Positions 19,562 through 29,779 are shown, numbered from the stretch's first letter. The stretch is DNA of 64,000 nt from an uncultured Cytophaga sp. (GCF_937863595.1 NZ_CALMGQ010000136.1:1894-65893), one strand, 5' to 3'. The notes: generated by a model from the sequence alone, not told the origin. A program made the numbers and translations.

Positions 19562-20743
19562 TTATTCAACGTAAAGAACCAAACCTTTTAAGTATTCACC
19601 TTCGGGATGATAAATATTTATTGGGTGATCCGCAGGCTGATGCATTTGGTGTATGATGCGCACGTTTCTATGAGCATCTGCTGCTGCACCAAAAACAATC
19701 TTTTGAAACAGATCTTTGTCAATATTTTGGGAGCATGAATACGTAAATACCAAGCCGCCTTTTTTAATTTTACGAAATGCCTTTAAGTTAATTTGTTTGT
19801 ATCCTCTACAGGCATTGGCAACAGCCTTTGCTGATTTAGCGAAAGCAGGTGGATCTAGTACAATGATGTCATAGTGATCCTTTTCTATTTCGCCTAAAAA
19901 ATCGAAGCAATCTGCAGCAATGGTATTGTGATTGAAAGCGGGGAAATTCAATTCCATATTTTTACCCGCCAAAGCAACTGCATCTTTAGAGATATCTACA
20001 GAATCAACCAAGGCTGCGCCACCAGCTGCAGCATACACACTGAAGCCGCCTGTATAACAAAACGTATTTAATACATTTTTTCCTTTGGAATAGGTTTTAA
20101 GTAACTCTCGATTGTCTCGTTGATCGACAAAAAAACCTGTCTTTTGTCCGTCAATAAAATCAACTTCAAAAGCTACATTATTTTCTTTTACCAATACTGG
20201 CACTTCCACTCCACCTTCAAGCCAGGCACTACCCGTACGGATATCCTCTAATACAGTAGAAGAAGTTTTCGCTTTAATATAAATATGTTTAAAACCGATT
20301 TCTATCAACGCTTGCTTAACAGCAGGGACAAGTTTTTCAACACCTTTTATGAGTATTTGTAAAACAACCACTTCGCCGTATACATCCGCAATAATGCCTG
20401 GGAAGAAGTCACCTTCCGCATGTAGCAAGCGATACACATTGGTTGTGTCTTTATTAATAACAGTGGATCTTAGTAAAAATGCATTTTTAATTTTAGTAGC
20501 CCAATATGCATCGCTTAATACATCTTCCGATAAATTATCCCACTCAAATAATCTACAAACGATTTGGCTTTTATGAGAAAGAAAGCCATAACATAAGTTC
20601 TTATTTTCAAAATCTGTTACCAATACAATTGTTCCTTCTTCCTCATTTGGGAGTTTTGCAACAGCGCCTGAAAAAATCCATGGATGGCGATTATTAATGG
20701 AACGTTCTTTACCCTTTTTTAATTGAAGTATTGGAATTGGCAT
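19562..20743 (-). CDS. Class I SAM-dependent rRNA methyltransferase (RlmI-like, PUA-type N-terminus)
   Basis: 393 aa with N-terminal KKGKERSINNRHPWIFSGAV and a SAM fold region (VLNTFCYTGGFSVYAA, DIIVLDPPAF). Confidence 0.8.
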   Translation of the reverse strand: MPIPILQLKKGKERSINNRHPWIFSGAVAKLPNEEEGTIVLVTDFENKNLCYGFLSHKSQIVCRLFEWDNLSEDVLSDAYWATKIKNAFLLRSTVINKDTTNVYRLLHAEGDFFPGIIADVYGEVVVLQILIKGVEKLVPAVKQALIEIGFKHIYIKAKTSSTVLEDIRTGSAWLEGGVEVPVLVKENNVAFEVDFIDGQKTGFFVDQRDNRELLKTYSKGKNVLNTFCYTGGFSVYAAAGGAALVDSVDISKDAVALAGKNMELNFPAFNHNTIAADCFDFLGEIEKDHYDIIVLDPPAFAKSAKAVANACRGYKQINLKAFRKIKKGGLVFTYSCSQNIDKDLFQKIVFGAAADAHRNVRIIHQMHQPADHPINIYHPEGEYLKGLVLYVE

Positions 20744-20838
20744 ATAGAATGAATTATTAGGCTACAAAGTTACCTAAATTACTTGAAATATGTCTTTAAA
20801 ACCGTTAATTTACATAGATATAACGTACACATACGCGC

Positions 20839-21546
20839 ATGAAAAAAAGTTTACTTCTAATTTTAATCCTACTGAGTTTTCAAACAATTATTTTAGCACA
20901 AGTAAATAAAAAAATATATGGTGTTTTTGAGAACAAGACGTTGTTACAAGTTGGTATTTTGGAAGATAGCGCAGGCAATAGCATGAAAAGCATCGTACGA
21001 TTTTCGCCCTTTGCAAACTACACCATACAAGCACATAAAGATTTCAATACGCACTTCGGAGTATATACTGGCGTCGGCATTAAAAATGTTGGGTTCATTT
21101 ACAAGTCAAATGACACCATAAATCAAAAAGTAAAAAACCGTGCCTATTCCATTAGTATTCCACTTGGATTAAAATATGGAAATATTGCCGACGATAAATA
21201 TCTGTATGTTGCGGCAGAGGTTCTTGTTCAGTTTGACTACAAAGAAAAAGCGTTCAATAAATTTGGAGATAAAAGTATAAGAAAAAGTTATGGTGCCGTT
21301 AATACTCTTAATTATTCTGCAATGATAGGTTATAATTACAAAGGCTTTACTATTGGTGCGGAGTATACTTTGGGCAATTTCTACGATCCCAAATACCGTT
21401 TCCAACCGGATAAAAATAATGCCTCTAAGATTGCAGCTCCATCCAAATCGAATATACTAACATTCTTTATAGGATTTAGAACAAACTTAAGTGCAGAAAA
21501 AGTTGCTGCACCAGATAAGAATCTCCAACAAGCTAGGATATTTTAA
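20839..21546 (+). CDS. Outer-membrane beta-barrel protein (OMP_b-brl_2 / PorT-like family)
   Basis: 235 aa with a signal peptide, alternating beta-strand pattern and terminal aromatic residue (…ARIF). Confidence 0.55.
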   Translation: MKKSLLLILILLSFQTIILAQVNKKIYGVFENKTLLQVGILEDSAGNSMKSIVRFSPFANYTIQAHKDFNTHFGVYTGVGIKNVGFIYKSNDTINQKVKNRAYSISIPLGLKYGNIADDKYLYVAAEVLVQFDYKEKAFNKFGDKSIRKSYGAVNTLNYSAMIGYNYKGFTIGAEYTLGNFYDPKYRFQPDKNNASKIAAPSKSNILTFFIGFRTNLSAEKVAAPDKNLQQARIF

Positions 21547-21556
21547 TCACACGTTC

Positions 21557-21599
21557 TACAATAAAAAACCGATACAAATTGTATCGGTTTTTTATTGTA
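21557..21599. terminator. Bidirectional terminator with a 20-bp perfect stem
   Basis: TACAATAAAAAACCGATACA (21557-21576) pairs with TGTATCGGTTTTTTATTGTA (21580-21599). It lies between convergent genes. Confidence 0.8.
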
Positions 21600-21722
21600 A
21601 CACATTTACGTTACCAGCGGGTATGAGCAAAGCAGAAGAGTCTTGTGTTTAAACGATAGGAAGAACAGCTGTTTGTATGTTTTAACATCTTCTTTACTAA
21701 CTCATTAATAGAATAAGTTGGC

Positions 21723-22325
21723 CTATTGAATACCTTGAATCAAGATTGGAAAATCAACTTCTACATCCGTTTCTCCTAGGTTCGCATTTCCGTTTCCAGT
21801 CTTTGGTTTTAAACCTGGTTGGTGCTTTAGAACAACTTTATACTTATTTGCTTTCGTTGTAAATCCAGCACCCGTATTAATTGAAATTCTCAAGCCAACT
21901 GGTACGCTATTGTCATCAAAATCCAAATACGTTGTTGTTAAGTCATACATGCCTAGTTTTGAATAAAAGAACTGATGTGCATCTTTTTCCGTTGCTTCTA
22001 TATCGTTTGAAATAGTATCAATAGGTGTTTTTGTTTCATCTAATAATAAAACACGAACCGTATAAGTTGTATTTTCAAGTAATTTTATTGTGTCCAATTT
22101 AGGAGCAGTTCCTCCGTCTCCATCAATATCCCTGTATGAAAAGTATTTTACATCCGTTGGGCTTGCGTCTGTTGATACAACTAATCTTACCGTAGTGATG
22201 AGCTCTTGATCATTTGAATTAGCTGGGATCGAGACATCCTTGTCATCTTTTTTACATGCATACAGCATGCAAACGAATGATAATAAAAGTAAAGCCTTCG
22301 CATGAATATTTTTTTTTGCTTTCAT
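21723..22325 (-). CDS. Hypothetical lipoprotein, third gene of a TonB-dependent receptor operon
   Basis: 200 aa with a lipobox (LSFVCMLYAC). Its start lies 4 nt after the receptor stop. Confidence 0.6.
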   Translation of the reverse strand: MKAKKNIHAKALLLLSFVCMLYACKKDDKDVSIPANSNDQELITTVRLVVSTDASPTDVKYFSYRDIDGDGGTAPKLDTIKLLENTTYTVRVLLLDETKTPIDTISNDIEATEKDAHQFFYSKLGMYDLTTTYLDFDDNSVPVGLRISINTGAGFTTKANKYKVVLKHQPGLKPKTGNGNANLGETDVEVDFPILIQGIQ

Positions 22326-22328
22326 ATT

Positions 22329-24668
22329 TTAAATCGTTTTGTTTTTTGTGAAATCTAATGGGATTTGTAATCGAAGTACAATGTTTCTGCCTACAGCATC
22401 GGAGTAATATCTAAAGCGATCTAGATAATCTCTGTATTGCGCATTTAATAAATTTTGTCCCGTTAATGTAATCAGCATGTCTTGCTTAGCAATGGTGAGG
22501 TACGCACCAACCTCAGCTTGTATCAAGAAATAGGCAGGAGGAGGCGCTTTGTAATCACTATTTATAGGCGTATTGCTTTTATGAGCAACCCAAATTCCAT
22601 CTACAGACAAATATGGTTTTACTATTTTCCCTTTTGTTCGCAAAACAAGCTTCAATCCGTTTTGCCATTTTGTAGGTGGAATAGAAATCAGCCAATCGTT
22701 TTGTGTTCGATCGTAGGCACTCACTAAGGATAGCCTTGTTGAATAAATGATGTGCTTTGTAAGGCTGTCATTAAATGCAATATCAAATCCTCCATACGTT
22801 GCGTTTACTTGTGTATACTCAAATGTTGGGAATGCTCCACGTATCGTTAATGTTGCTGGGAATACGGGTTTTAAATAAATGTAATTATTAAAATAATATC
22901 CATAGGCATGAATGTATCCGAAACATTTTTTAAAGAAATAATTTAGTGTTACCGACGCATTTACGGATTGCTCAGGTTTCAAATTGGGGTTTCCTATTTC
23001 ATACGCTGCTGCCCCATGATGTACCCCATAGCTATATAATTCATTTACATTAGGTGGCCTGTATGCAGTTCCAACTGTACTTAACAAAGTATAGTTTTTG
23101 CCAAGTTCGTGTGATACTCCTAAGCTCGCCGTGGGGCTTTGAAAGGTACGATACGGCGTTTTTAAAATGCCATTTTCATAATAATACGATTGAAGCGTTT
23201 TGTAATCATAACGCAAACCTGCTTCGATTTTTGTTTTTTTAGAAAATGTATACGCTTCTGTTACATATACACCTATCGCATTGCTTAAAAAATTTGGAAT
23301 GAAAAATCGTCCTTCGTACGTATTCTTTTGGTTGATATAACTAATGCCTGCAACGCCTCTTAGCTTGCCTATTGTATGTTCCACATAAGATTGAATATTA
23401 TGGGTGGTTAATTCAAATTGCAATTGCGCCTGATCTGGAAGATTTGGGTTGTAAGCTTTATGGCTGTCGTATTCTTGGCGTTTATTGTATTGCCTTGCAT
23501 ATTCTACAACCCATCTATTTCTGCCAAAATTATAATATGCTTTATTTTTCCAAAGTTCGTGGCCCACAACTTGTTTTGGTCGTTCTATCGAATAAGAAAA
23601 ATCGGATGTTACCGCAGGTTGATTGCTATTAATGGCAGTTATTAAATCTGTTACATTGCCTATATGAGAGCCTGCAAAAATTCCTAGTTCCGTATTAAAC
23701 TGACTATAGAATGTTTCTAGTCCCCAATGTGTACGCTGATATGCTGCGGCTGCGGAGAAATTCTTTTCTTGAAAGCCTGTATTCTTCAACCAATAATCAG
23801 GTGTGCGAGAATTTCCGCCTTTACGTAGTGTCCCTTGTAACCGAACAGCCAATCCCGGTATATGAGAAAATCCATGTTCAACAATTCCAGAAACCACGCC
23901 TGCTCTGTTGTTGCTAAAACCCGCAAGATTTATTTGTGCTCTCGTTCCTCTGAATGTATTTAACGCTTCAGGGTCCAACAATACTACCCCGCCAATGGCA
24001 TCTGAACCATAACGAATCGATTGTGCGCCTTTTATTACAGTGATTTTATTTGCTATAAAAGGGTCCACTTCTGGTGCGTGTTCATTGCCCCACTGTTGAC
24101 CTTCTTGACGGATTCCATTATTTAAAATCAATACCCTATTGCCGTACATGCCTTGTATAACAGGTTTGAAAATTGTTGGACCCGTTTGCAATGCTGAAAC
24201 ACCAGGAATAGATGTTAAACTTTCCCCTAAACTTGCTCCACGCACACGGGCCAATGCTTCTTTTTCAAGTGTTTCGGAAGTACTTATTTCAGGCTGATTG
24301 TTTTTTCGAAACCCTTCAATGATGATTTCACCATAAACCCGTTCCTCCATTAAAAATTTAACTTCAGTCGTATTTTTTAATGTAATAACCGTGTCTTTAT
24401 GCACACCTAAATACATATCCATATGGATTGTATAGGTTCCTGCACACAAATTGTCGAATTTAAATTCTCCTAATGCATTTGTGAGTGCATACGTATTTAT
24501 TTCATCAATAGAAATCATTGCTCCATCAATAGGCATACTATCGTTTAGATATAAAATTTTGCCAACTAATTTATAAGAGCAACTATCAGTAGATCGTTGC
24601 ATTGCCTGTGCCTTTGCAATACTTGGAAGTATGCACATACACATCAATGCAAAAAGAATATTCTTCAC
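22329..24668 (-). CDS. TonB-dependent receptor with N-terminal carboxypeptidase-regulatory-like domain
   Basis: 779 aa with a signal peptide, a CarboxypepD_reg-like segment (GEFKFDNLCAGTYTIHM), a plug domain (VIKGAQSIRYGSDAIGGVVLL) and a long beta-barrel. Confidence 0.9.
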   Translation of the reverse strand: MKNILFALMCMCILPSIAKAQAMQRSTDSCSYKLVGKILYLNDSMPIDGAMISIDEINTYALTNALGEFKFDNLCAGTYTIHMDMYLGVHKDTVITLKNTTEVKFLMEERVYGEIIIEGFRKNNQPEISTSETLEKEALARVRGASLGESLTSIPGVSALQTGPTIFKPVIQGMYGNRVLILNNGIRQEGQQWGNEHAPEVDPFIANKITVIKGAQSIRYGSDAIGGVVLLDPEALNTFRGTRAQINLAGFSNNRAGVVSGIVEHGFSHIPGLAVRLQGTLRKGGNSRTPDYWLKNTGFQEKNFSAAAAYQRTHWGLETFYSQFNTELGIFAGSHIGNVTDLITAINSNQPAVTSDFSYSIERPKQVVGHELWKNKAYYNFGRNRWVVEYARQYNKRQEYDSHKAYNPNLPDQAQLQFELTTHNIQSYVEHTIGKLRGVAGISYINQKNTYEGRFFIPNFLSNAIGVYVTEAYTFSKKTKIEAGLRYDYKTLQSYYYENGILKTPYRTFQSPTASLGVSHELGKNYTLLSTVGTAYRPPNVNELYSYGVHHGAAAYEIGNPNLKPEQSVNASVTLNYFFKKCFGYIHAYGYYFNNYIYLKPVFPATLTIRGAFPTFEYTQVNATYGGFDIAFNDSLTKHIIYSTRLSLVSAYDRTQNDWLISIPPTKWQNGLKLVLRTKGKIVKPYLSVDGIWVAHKSNTPINSDYKAPPPAYFLIQAEVGAYLTIAKQDMLITLTGQNLLNAQYRDYLDRFRYYSDAVGRNIVLRLQIPLDFTKNKTI

Positions 24669-24712
24669 GCAATGAAAATTTAATAAGAATTAAATGTTAG
24701 TTAAATTGAATT

Positions 24713-25018
24713 TTAAAAAACAATCGGAGGCCCGCGTCCTTTAGTAAAAATTGAAAACTGAAATATCTTCTTTTTAAAAGTACAGCTATATATAAAGAAT
24801 ACGATGCTTACAACAGTAAAGAAAAATAGTGTTGGCACTATAAAGTCGGCCGAAACAAGATCAAGGGAGCAAATCAAACATTCGTCACCAAGCGGTATAT
24901 TAATTCCTTGATGCTTATATTCCTCCGCATGGTGGTGCAAATTTGGCAGCACCACCCGTGTAAAAAACAAGAGGAATACTCCAATAAGTAAGCGATATGT
25001 ATTTTTCTGATTCAACAC
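24713..25018 (-). CDS. Small membrane protein with His-cluster and CxxC-like motif
   Basis: 101 aa with two TM segments flanking NLHHHAEEYKHQGINIPLGDECLIC. It is the first gene of the receptor operon, 44 nt upstream of the receptor. Confidence 0.5.
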   Translation of the reverse strand: MLNQKNTYRLLIGVFLLFFTRVVLPNLHHHAEEYKHQGINIPLGDECLICSLDLVSADFIVPTLFFFTVVSIVFFIYSCTFKKKIFQFSIFTKGRGPPIVF

Positions 25019-25383
25019 AGGGTGTTACAAAATTCAACTTAATTAAGTTCATTCCCAAATGAAAGCTTGCTAATTATGAGTTAAAATGAGACCATTAGGA
25101 TACTCCATTTGCTTTAACAGCTAATTTTAGCATAAACAATATTGTAAGCCGTCTATTTGCAAACTCTTTAATATATTTAGGTTGAGTAGCAATCATTTTT
25201 AGATTTAAGGACCCCCAAAAACAGTGATATTTAAATAAAATATATAACTTGTTATAGTTTTAATTACTACTTCAACACTATTTGATTAAAACTCCTTCAC
25301 TTCATTACATCTCAAAAAGTAAAAATGTTAACCCTTATCGATTCTAATCGTATAGAAAGGTACGTTTTTTCGAATTTACACAT

Positions 25384-25959
25384 ATGTCTCGCTTAATCAT
25401 TGGCAATCAGTTTAAAAAAGGATCCCTTATTCTACTAACAATTATATTGTTGTTTGTAGTTGTTGGTATTGCTTTGCCATCTTCCTATCATGTGGAACGT
25501 TCCATAAAAATAAATGGATCGAATGAAGCTATTTTCCCTTATTTAAACAATCTGCAAAAATGGAAATCTTGGACTGCCTTAAACAATAACAAAGATTATT
25601 CATTGGTTCAGAAATATAGCGGTTCTGCGCAAGGTATTGGTAGTGAAATGAGCTACAACGGCGACAAGTTAGGCAAAGGGAATATAAAAATTATTGATAA
25701 TGAGCTAAATGACCATGTATCCTTTATATTGTTGATTAATAATCGATTCAATACAGATGGTAATATCAAAATTGACGCTATTACAAAAACCACTTCAAAA
25801 GTTACGGTAAGCCTAACTGGGGATGTAGGTTTTCACCTGCCCAACAGGTATATCATATTAATGATGAATAATATTGCAGGTTCTTTGTTTCAAGAAAGCC
25901 TAAATCGGCTTAAAATGATTATAGAATCTAAAAATTCGGATTCCAATGAAGGCTTCTAA
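25384..25959 (+). CDS. Membrane-anchored SRPBCC (polyketide cyclase/START-like) family protein
   Basis: 191 aa with an N-terminal TM helix followed by a START/SRPBCC-like pattern (SYHVERSIKING...FPYLNNLQKWKSW). Confidence 0.5.
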   Translation: MSRLIIGNQFKKGSLILLTIILLFVVVGIALPSSYHVERSIKINGSNEAIFPYLNNLQKWKSWTALNNNKDYSLVQKYSGSAQGIGSEMSYNGDKLGKGNIKIIDNELNDHVSFILLINNRFNTDGNIKIDAITKTTSKVTVSLTGDVGFHLPNRYIILMMNNIAGSLFQESLNRLKMIIESKNSDSNEGF

Positions 25960-26022
25960 GCTTTCTTTGCCTTTTTCTCCCTTCCTTTTTCTATCTTTGT
26001 GTCTTAATTACCTATACTACCC

Positions 26023-27093
26023 ATGCTTGATAAATTAGAAGCAATTAGAGAACGATTTATAGAAGTTTCAGAAGCCATTCTAGATCCGAACATTATGTCG
26101 GATATGAAACGCTATACTTCCCTTAATAAAGAATATAAAGAACTCAATAAGATCAATGATGTTTATGTACAATACAAAAATATTTTGGACAACATTGACA
26201 GTTCAAAAAAAGTATTGAGTGTAGAAAAAGATCCAGATTTTAGAGAAATGGCAAAAGAAGAGCTTGAAACGCTAGCCACTCAAAAAGATGAATTAGAAAT
26301 TGTAATTAAAGAACTTCTAATACCAAAAGACCCCAACGATAGTAAAAACATCATCCTCGAAATTAGAGGTGGTAGTGGTGGAGACGAAGCTTCTATTTTT
26401 GCTGGAGATATATTCCGTATGTACCAACGTTATTGCGAACGCATGAATTGGAAAATGGAATTGATTGATGCAACCGAAGGAACATCTGGTGGATACAAAG
26501 AAATTATTTGTAGCGTAGCCGGTGATGATGTTTTCGGAAAATTAAAATTTGAATCAGGCGTACATCGTGTACAACGTGTACCAGCAACGGAAACACAAGG
26601 CCGCATACATACATCTGCAGCATCTGTAGCAGTATTGCCAGAAGTGGAAGAAGTGGATATTCAATTAAACATGAATGACATTCGTAAGGATACATTTTGT
26701 TCTTCTGGACCAGGTGGACAATCTGTAAACACAACGTATTCTGCTATCCGTCTTACACACATACCTTCTGGTACGGTTGTGCAATGCCAAGATGAGAAGT
26801 CTCAAATGAAAAACTTTGATAAAGCATTAAAAGTATTGCGTTCTCGTATTTATGAAATTGAATATAAAAAACAACAAGACGAATTAGGTAAAGCACGTAA
26901 TTCCATGATTGGTAGTGGTGACCGTTCGGATAAAATTAGAACATACAATTACCCACAAAGCCGTGTTACTGATCACCGCATTGGCTATACGGTACATAAC
27001 CTTACACAAGTAATGGATGGCAACATCGGTGACTTTATTGAAGAACTCAGGTTGGCTGAAAATGCAAACCGACTTCAAGAAGGTGTTGCTTAA
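26023..27093 (+). CDS. prfA: Peptide chain release factor 1
   Basis: 356 aa with the GGQ motif (SSGPGGQSVNT) and the RF1-type PAT tripeptide (RVPATETQGRIHTS). Confidence 0.95.
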   Translation: MLDKLEAIRERFIEVSEAILDPNIMSDMKRYTSLNKEYKELNKINDVYVQYKNILDNIDSSKKVLSVEKDPDFREMAKEELETLATQKDELEIVIKELLIPKDPNDSKNIILEIRGGSGGDEASIFAGDIFRMYQRYCERMNWKMELIDATEGTSGGYKEIICSVAGDDVFGKLKFESGVHRVQRVPATETQGRIHTSAASVAVLPEVEEVDIQLNMNDIRKDTFCSSGPGGQSVNTTYSAIRLTHIPSGTVVQCQDEKSQMKNFDKALKVLRSRIYEIEYKKQQDELGKARNSMIGSGDRSDKIRTYNYPQSRVTDHRIGYTVHNLTQVMDGNIGDFIEELRLAENANRLQEGVA

Positions 27094-27102
27094 TACTATT
27101 CT

Positions 27103-27137
27103 ATAAAGGGTTGGTTTCACCAACCCTTTATATTTAT
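27103..27137 (+). terminator. Intrinsic terminator after prfA
   Basis: ATAAAGGGTTGG (27103-27114) pairs with CCAACCCTTTAT (27120-27131), followed by a T-rich stretch. Confidence 0.7.
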
Positions 27138-27147
27138 ACCTTATGCT

Positions 27148-28476
27148 ATGAGATATTGTTCCCTTTGTTTTTTTATCATTTTGGTTTTGCATTTTTTTGG
27201 TTGCAAGCCCAAAGATGAAGAGCTGAGCAACAATGTTAGCAATAGGCTGAGTTTTTCAGAAGATACTATTTTTTTTGATACCCTTTTTGCAAGTGTCGGC
27301 AGTATTACCAAAAGATTAATCGTTTACAATCCAAACAAAAATAAAATTCGTGTTTCAAGTATTATACTAGCGGGAGGCTCCAATTCTCCGTATAGCATTA
27401 TTGTAAACGGGCGCAGCGGTCCGCTAGTATCTGATCTAGAAATACTTGGTAAGGACAGCGTATATGTTTTGGTTAAAGTTTTAATAAATCCAAGCAATCA
27501 AAACATGCCCTTTCTGGTTAGTGATTCAATCTTATTCAATACCAATACGAACAATCAAAAAATACTACTTGAAACGTATGGTCAAGATGCGCATTTTTAT
27601 AAAAAAACCACCTTGCCTTGCAATACAACTTGGACAAACGATAAGCCCTATGTACTCTATGATACTATACAAATTGGTATTGGCTGTGAATTGAAAATAG
27701 AAGCCGGTTGCAAAATATACATGCACAATGCCGCTGCCATAAATGTTAAGGGGCGCTTAACGGTGGACGGAACCAAAACAGATTCTGTCTTGATTGCTTC
27801 AGATAAATTAGATGCTTCTGCAAAAGCAGATCTTGGTCAATGGGGCGGAATTATTTTCCAGACAACCAGCACAGACAACCGCATTTCTTGGACAACCATA
27901 CGGAATGCAACAACCGCATTGAAATTATTTTCAGTTGTGGATGCCGATACAATTGCAGAACTAAGTTTAGACCATGTATCGATACTTTATACAAGCAAAG
28001 GTTTGATAGATGCGGCGACTGTTGATCTAAATGGTTCAAACATTCTCTTAAGCAATAGTCCGTATGCTGCGCTTAAACACCTAGGTGGTTGTGGTGTTTG
28101 GAAGCACTGTACATTCGTAAATTATTCAACACGCTTTGTTAGAGAGGAGCCTTGTTTGGTGCTAGGCGATAATGCTTCTTCTTTAAAGATGTATGTATTT
28201 AACAGTATTTTGTGGGGTGATAAAACCGATGAAATTTTGGCAACAAATACGCCTGCACTTTTTGTGCAATCTAGTATTTGGAAGTCAGCCTTTCTTGGAA
28301 CGCATTCAACTATTTTGAATGCAGACCCTCTGTTTAAAAATAGCACACTATTTAATTTTCAATTAAAGGATACCTCCCCTGCCATCGACCTTTGTTTGCC
28401 AGTGGGTATTTCAGACGATTTAATTGGCACCCCAAGAGATGCTAACCCAGATGCTGGTGCGTATGAATTTCAATAG
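27148..28476 (+). CDS. Hypothetical lipoprotein
   Basis: 442 aa with a lipobox (LHFFGC). Beta-rich, and I recognised no family. Its TAG stop runs directly into a CTAG-family heptad array. Confidence 0.6.
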   Translation: MRYCSLCFFIILVLHFFGCKPKDEELSNNVSNRLSFSEDTIFFDTLFASVGSITKRLIVYNPNKNKIRVSSIILAGGSNSPYSIIVNGRSGPLVSDLEILGKDSVYVLVKVLINPSNQNMPFLVSDSILFNTNTNNQKILLETYGQDAHFYKKTTLPCNTTWTNDKPYVLYDTIQIGIGCELKIEAGCKIYMHNAAAINVKGRLTVDGTKTDSVLIASDKLDASAKADLGQWGGIIFQTTSTDNRISWTTIRNATTALKLFSVVDADTIAELSLDHVSILYTSKGLIDAATVDLNGSNILLSNSPYAALKHLGGCGVWKHCTFVNYSTRFVREEPCLVLGDNASSLKMYVFNSILWGDKTDEILATNTPALFVQSSIWKSAFLGTHSTILNADPLFKNSTLFNFQLKDTSPAIDLCLPVGISDDLIGTPRDANPDAGAYEFQ

Positions 28477-28480
28477 TTAG

Positions 28481-28515
28481 ATAGTTTCTAGATGATAGTT
28501 ACCAGGTGTTAGACA
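28481..28515. repeat. Heptad array, CTAG family: ATAGTTT CTAGATG ATAGTTA CCAGGTG TTAGACA
   Basis: AG dinucleotides fall at 28483, 28490, 28497, 28504 and 28511, an exact 7-nt phase. It is preceded by TAGTTAG, which contains the stop codon (28474-28476). Confidence 0.8.
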
Positions 28516-28757
28516 ACAAAATTACAGTGGTTGTTATAATGCAATAAAATTTACCTCACAGGCTATCTTGATTTTTTTCAACCACCCATTAAATTAAATC
28601 CTTCTACAATTTTTATTGACTTCGTACGTCTATCTTATCAGTAAATACCTTTCTGAATGTTATGTTTTTACAGGTATATGCTGTAAATTTAAATAGTAGT
28701 AAATTTCTGAATTAACTTACTTAAAAATTTAACCCTAAATCTAAAATCTATACCCCG

Positions 28758-29339
28758 ATGAAACGTTTGTTACCACTTCCTCTTTATGCCCTTTTGATTT
28801 CGCTTTTATTTAGCTCTTGTGGTTACAATACCATGGTTACGCAACAAGAAGCAGTTGATGGTGAATGGGCTCAAGTTAATGCTGCTTATCAACAAAGAAA
28901 TGATTTGATTGGCAACTTGGTTGAAACCGTAAAAGGCTATGCTAATTTCGAACAAGAAACGTTGATTAAAGTAACCGAAGCACGTGCTTCAGCAACACAA
29001 GTTAAAGTGGATGCATCCCAATTAACTGAAGAAGGTATTCAGAAATATCAAGCTGCCCAAGGTCAATTAACAAGCGCATTGAGTAAGTTACTATCCATTA
29101 CAGAAAATTATCCAAACTTAAAGGCGGATCAAGGATTTTCAGATTTGCGCGCAGAATTGTCTGGACAAGAAAATAGAATTCTCGTTGCTCGTAGAAAGTT
29201 CAACGATGCAGTAAAAGAATACAATACTACAATCCAAACATTCCCAAACAACATGATGTCTGGCATGTTTGGATTCAAGAAAAAAGGATATTTCGAAGCA
29301 GAAGCTGGTGCTGAAAAAGCAGTAAAAGTTAAATTTTAA
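28758..29339 (+). CDS. lemA: LemA family protein
   Basis: 193 aa with an N-terminal anchor/lipobox-like LLFSSCGYN and the LemA pattern (QRNDLIGNLVETVKGYANFEQETL...NRILVARRKFNDAVKEYN). Confidence 0.85.
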   Translation: MKRLLPLPLYALLISLLFSSCGYNTMVTQQEAVDGEWAQVNAAYQQRNDLIGNLVETVKGYANFEQETLIKVTEARASATQVKVDASQLTEEGIQKYQAAQGQLTSALSKLLSITENYPNLKADQGFSDLRAELSGQENRILVARRKFNDAVKEYNTTIQTFPNNMMSGMFGFKKKGYFEAEAGAEKAVKVKF

Positions 29340-29341
29340 GT

Positions 29342-29779
29342 ATGCCACATTCCTTTTTTAATGCTCAAGAAACTGCTGCACTCAATGAAGCCATTCAGGA
29401 AGCAGAGAAATCTACGTCTGGAGAAATACGTTTGCATATTGAAAACGTGTGCAAATACGATGTATTAGATCGTGCTGCAGATGTGTTCGCAGATCTTGCT
29501 ATGCATAAAACGGAATTGAGAAATGGAGTACTCTTTTACCTTTCCATAAAAGATCGAAAATTTGCAATAATAGGAGATGCAGGCATCAACACTAAGGTGC
29601 CTGCAGGCTTCTGGGATTCTATTAAAGAAATTGTTTTAACGCACTTTAAAAACAATTTGTATGCACAAGGTTTGAGTGAAGGAATTAAAAAGGCTGGATC
29701 AAAACTAAGTGAGCATTTCCCGTATTCCAACAACGATGTAAACGAATTGCCAAACGATATTTCTTTCAAGAAAAACTAG
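29342..29779 (+). CDS. TPM-domain protein (TLP18.3/Psb32/MOLO-1 family), soluble form
   Basis: 145 aa, 2 nt after lemA, with a TPM-like pattern (SGEIRLHIE..., NGVLFYLSIKDRKFAIIGD). Confidence 0.7.
   Translation: MPHSFFNAQETAALNEAIQEAEKSTSGEIRLHIENVCKYDVLDRAADVFADLAMHKTELRNGVLFYLSIKDRKFAIIGDAGINTKVPAGFWDSIKEIVLTHFKNNLYAQGLSEGIKKAGSKLSEHFPYSNNDVNELPNDISFKKN

Noticed and set aside
25960-26022. Pyrimidine-rich tract (CTTTCTTTGCCTTTTTCTCCCTTCCTTTTTCTATCTTTG) before prfA as another heptad array
   Set aside because: TTTCT recurs at spacings of 12 and 14 and then loses phase. No complementary purine arm is present. It does not meet the exact-phase criterion used for the others.
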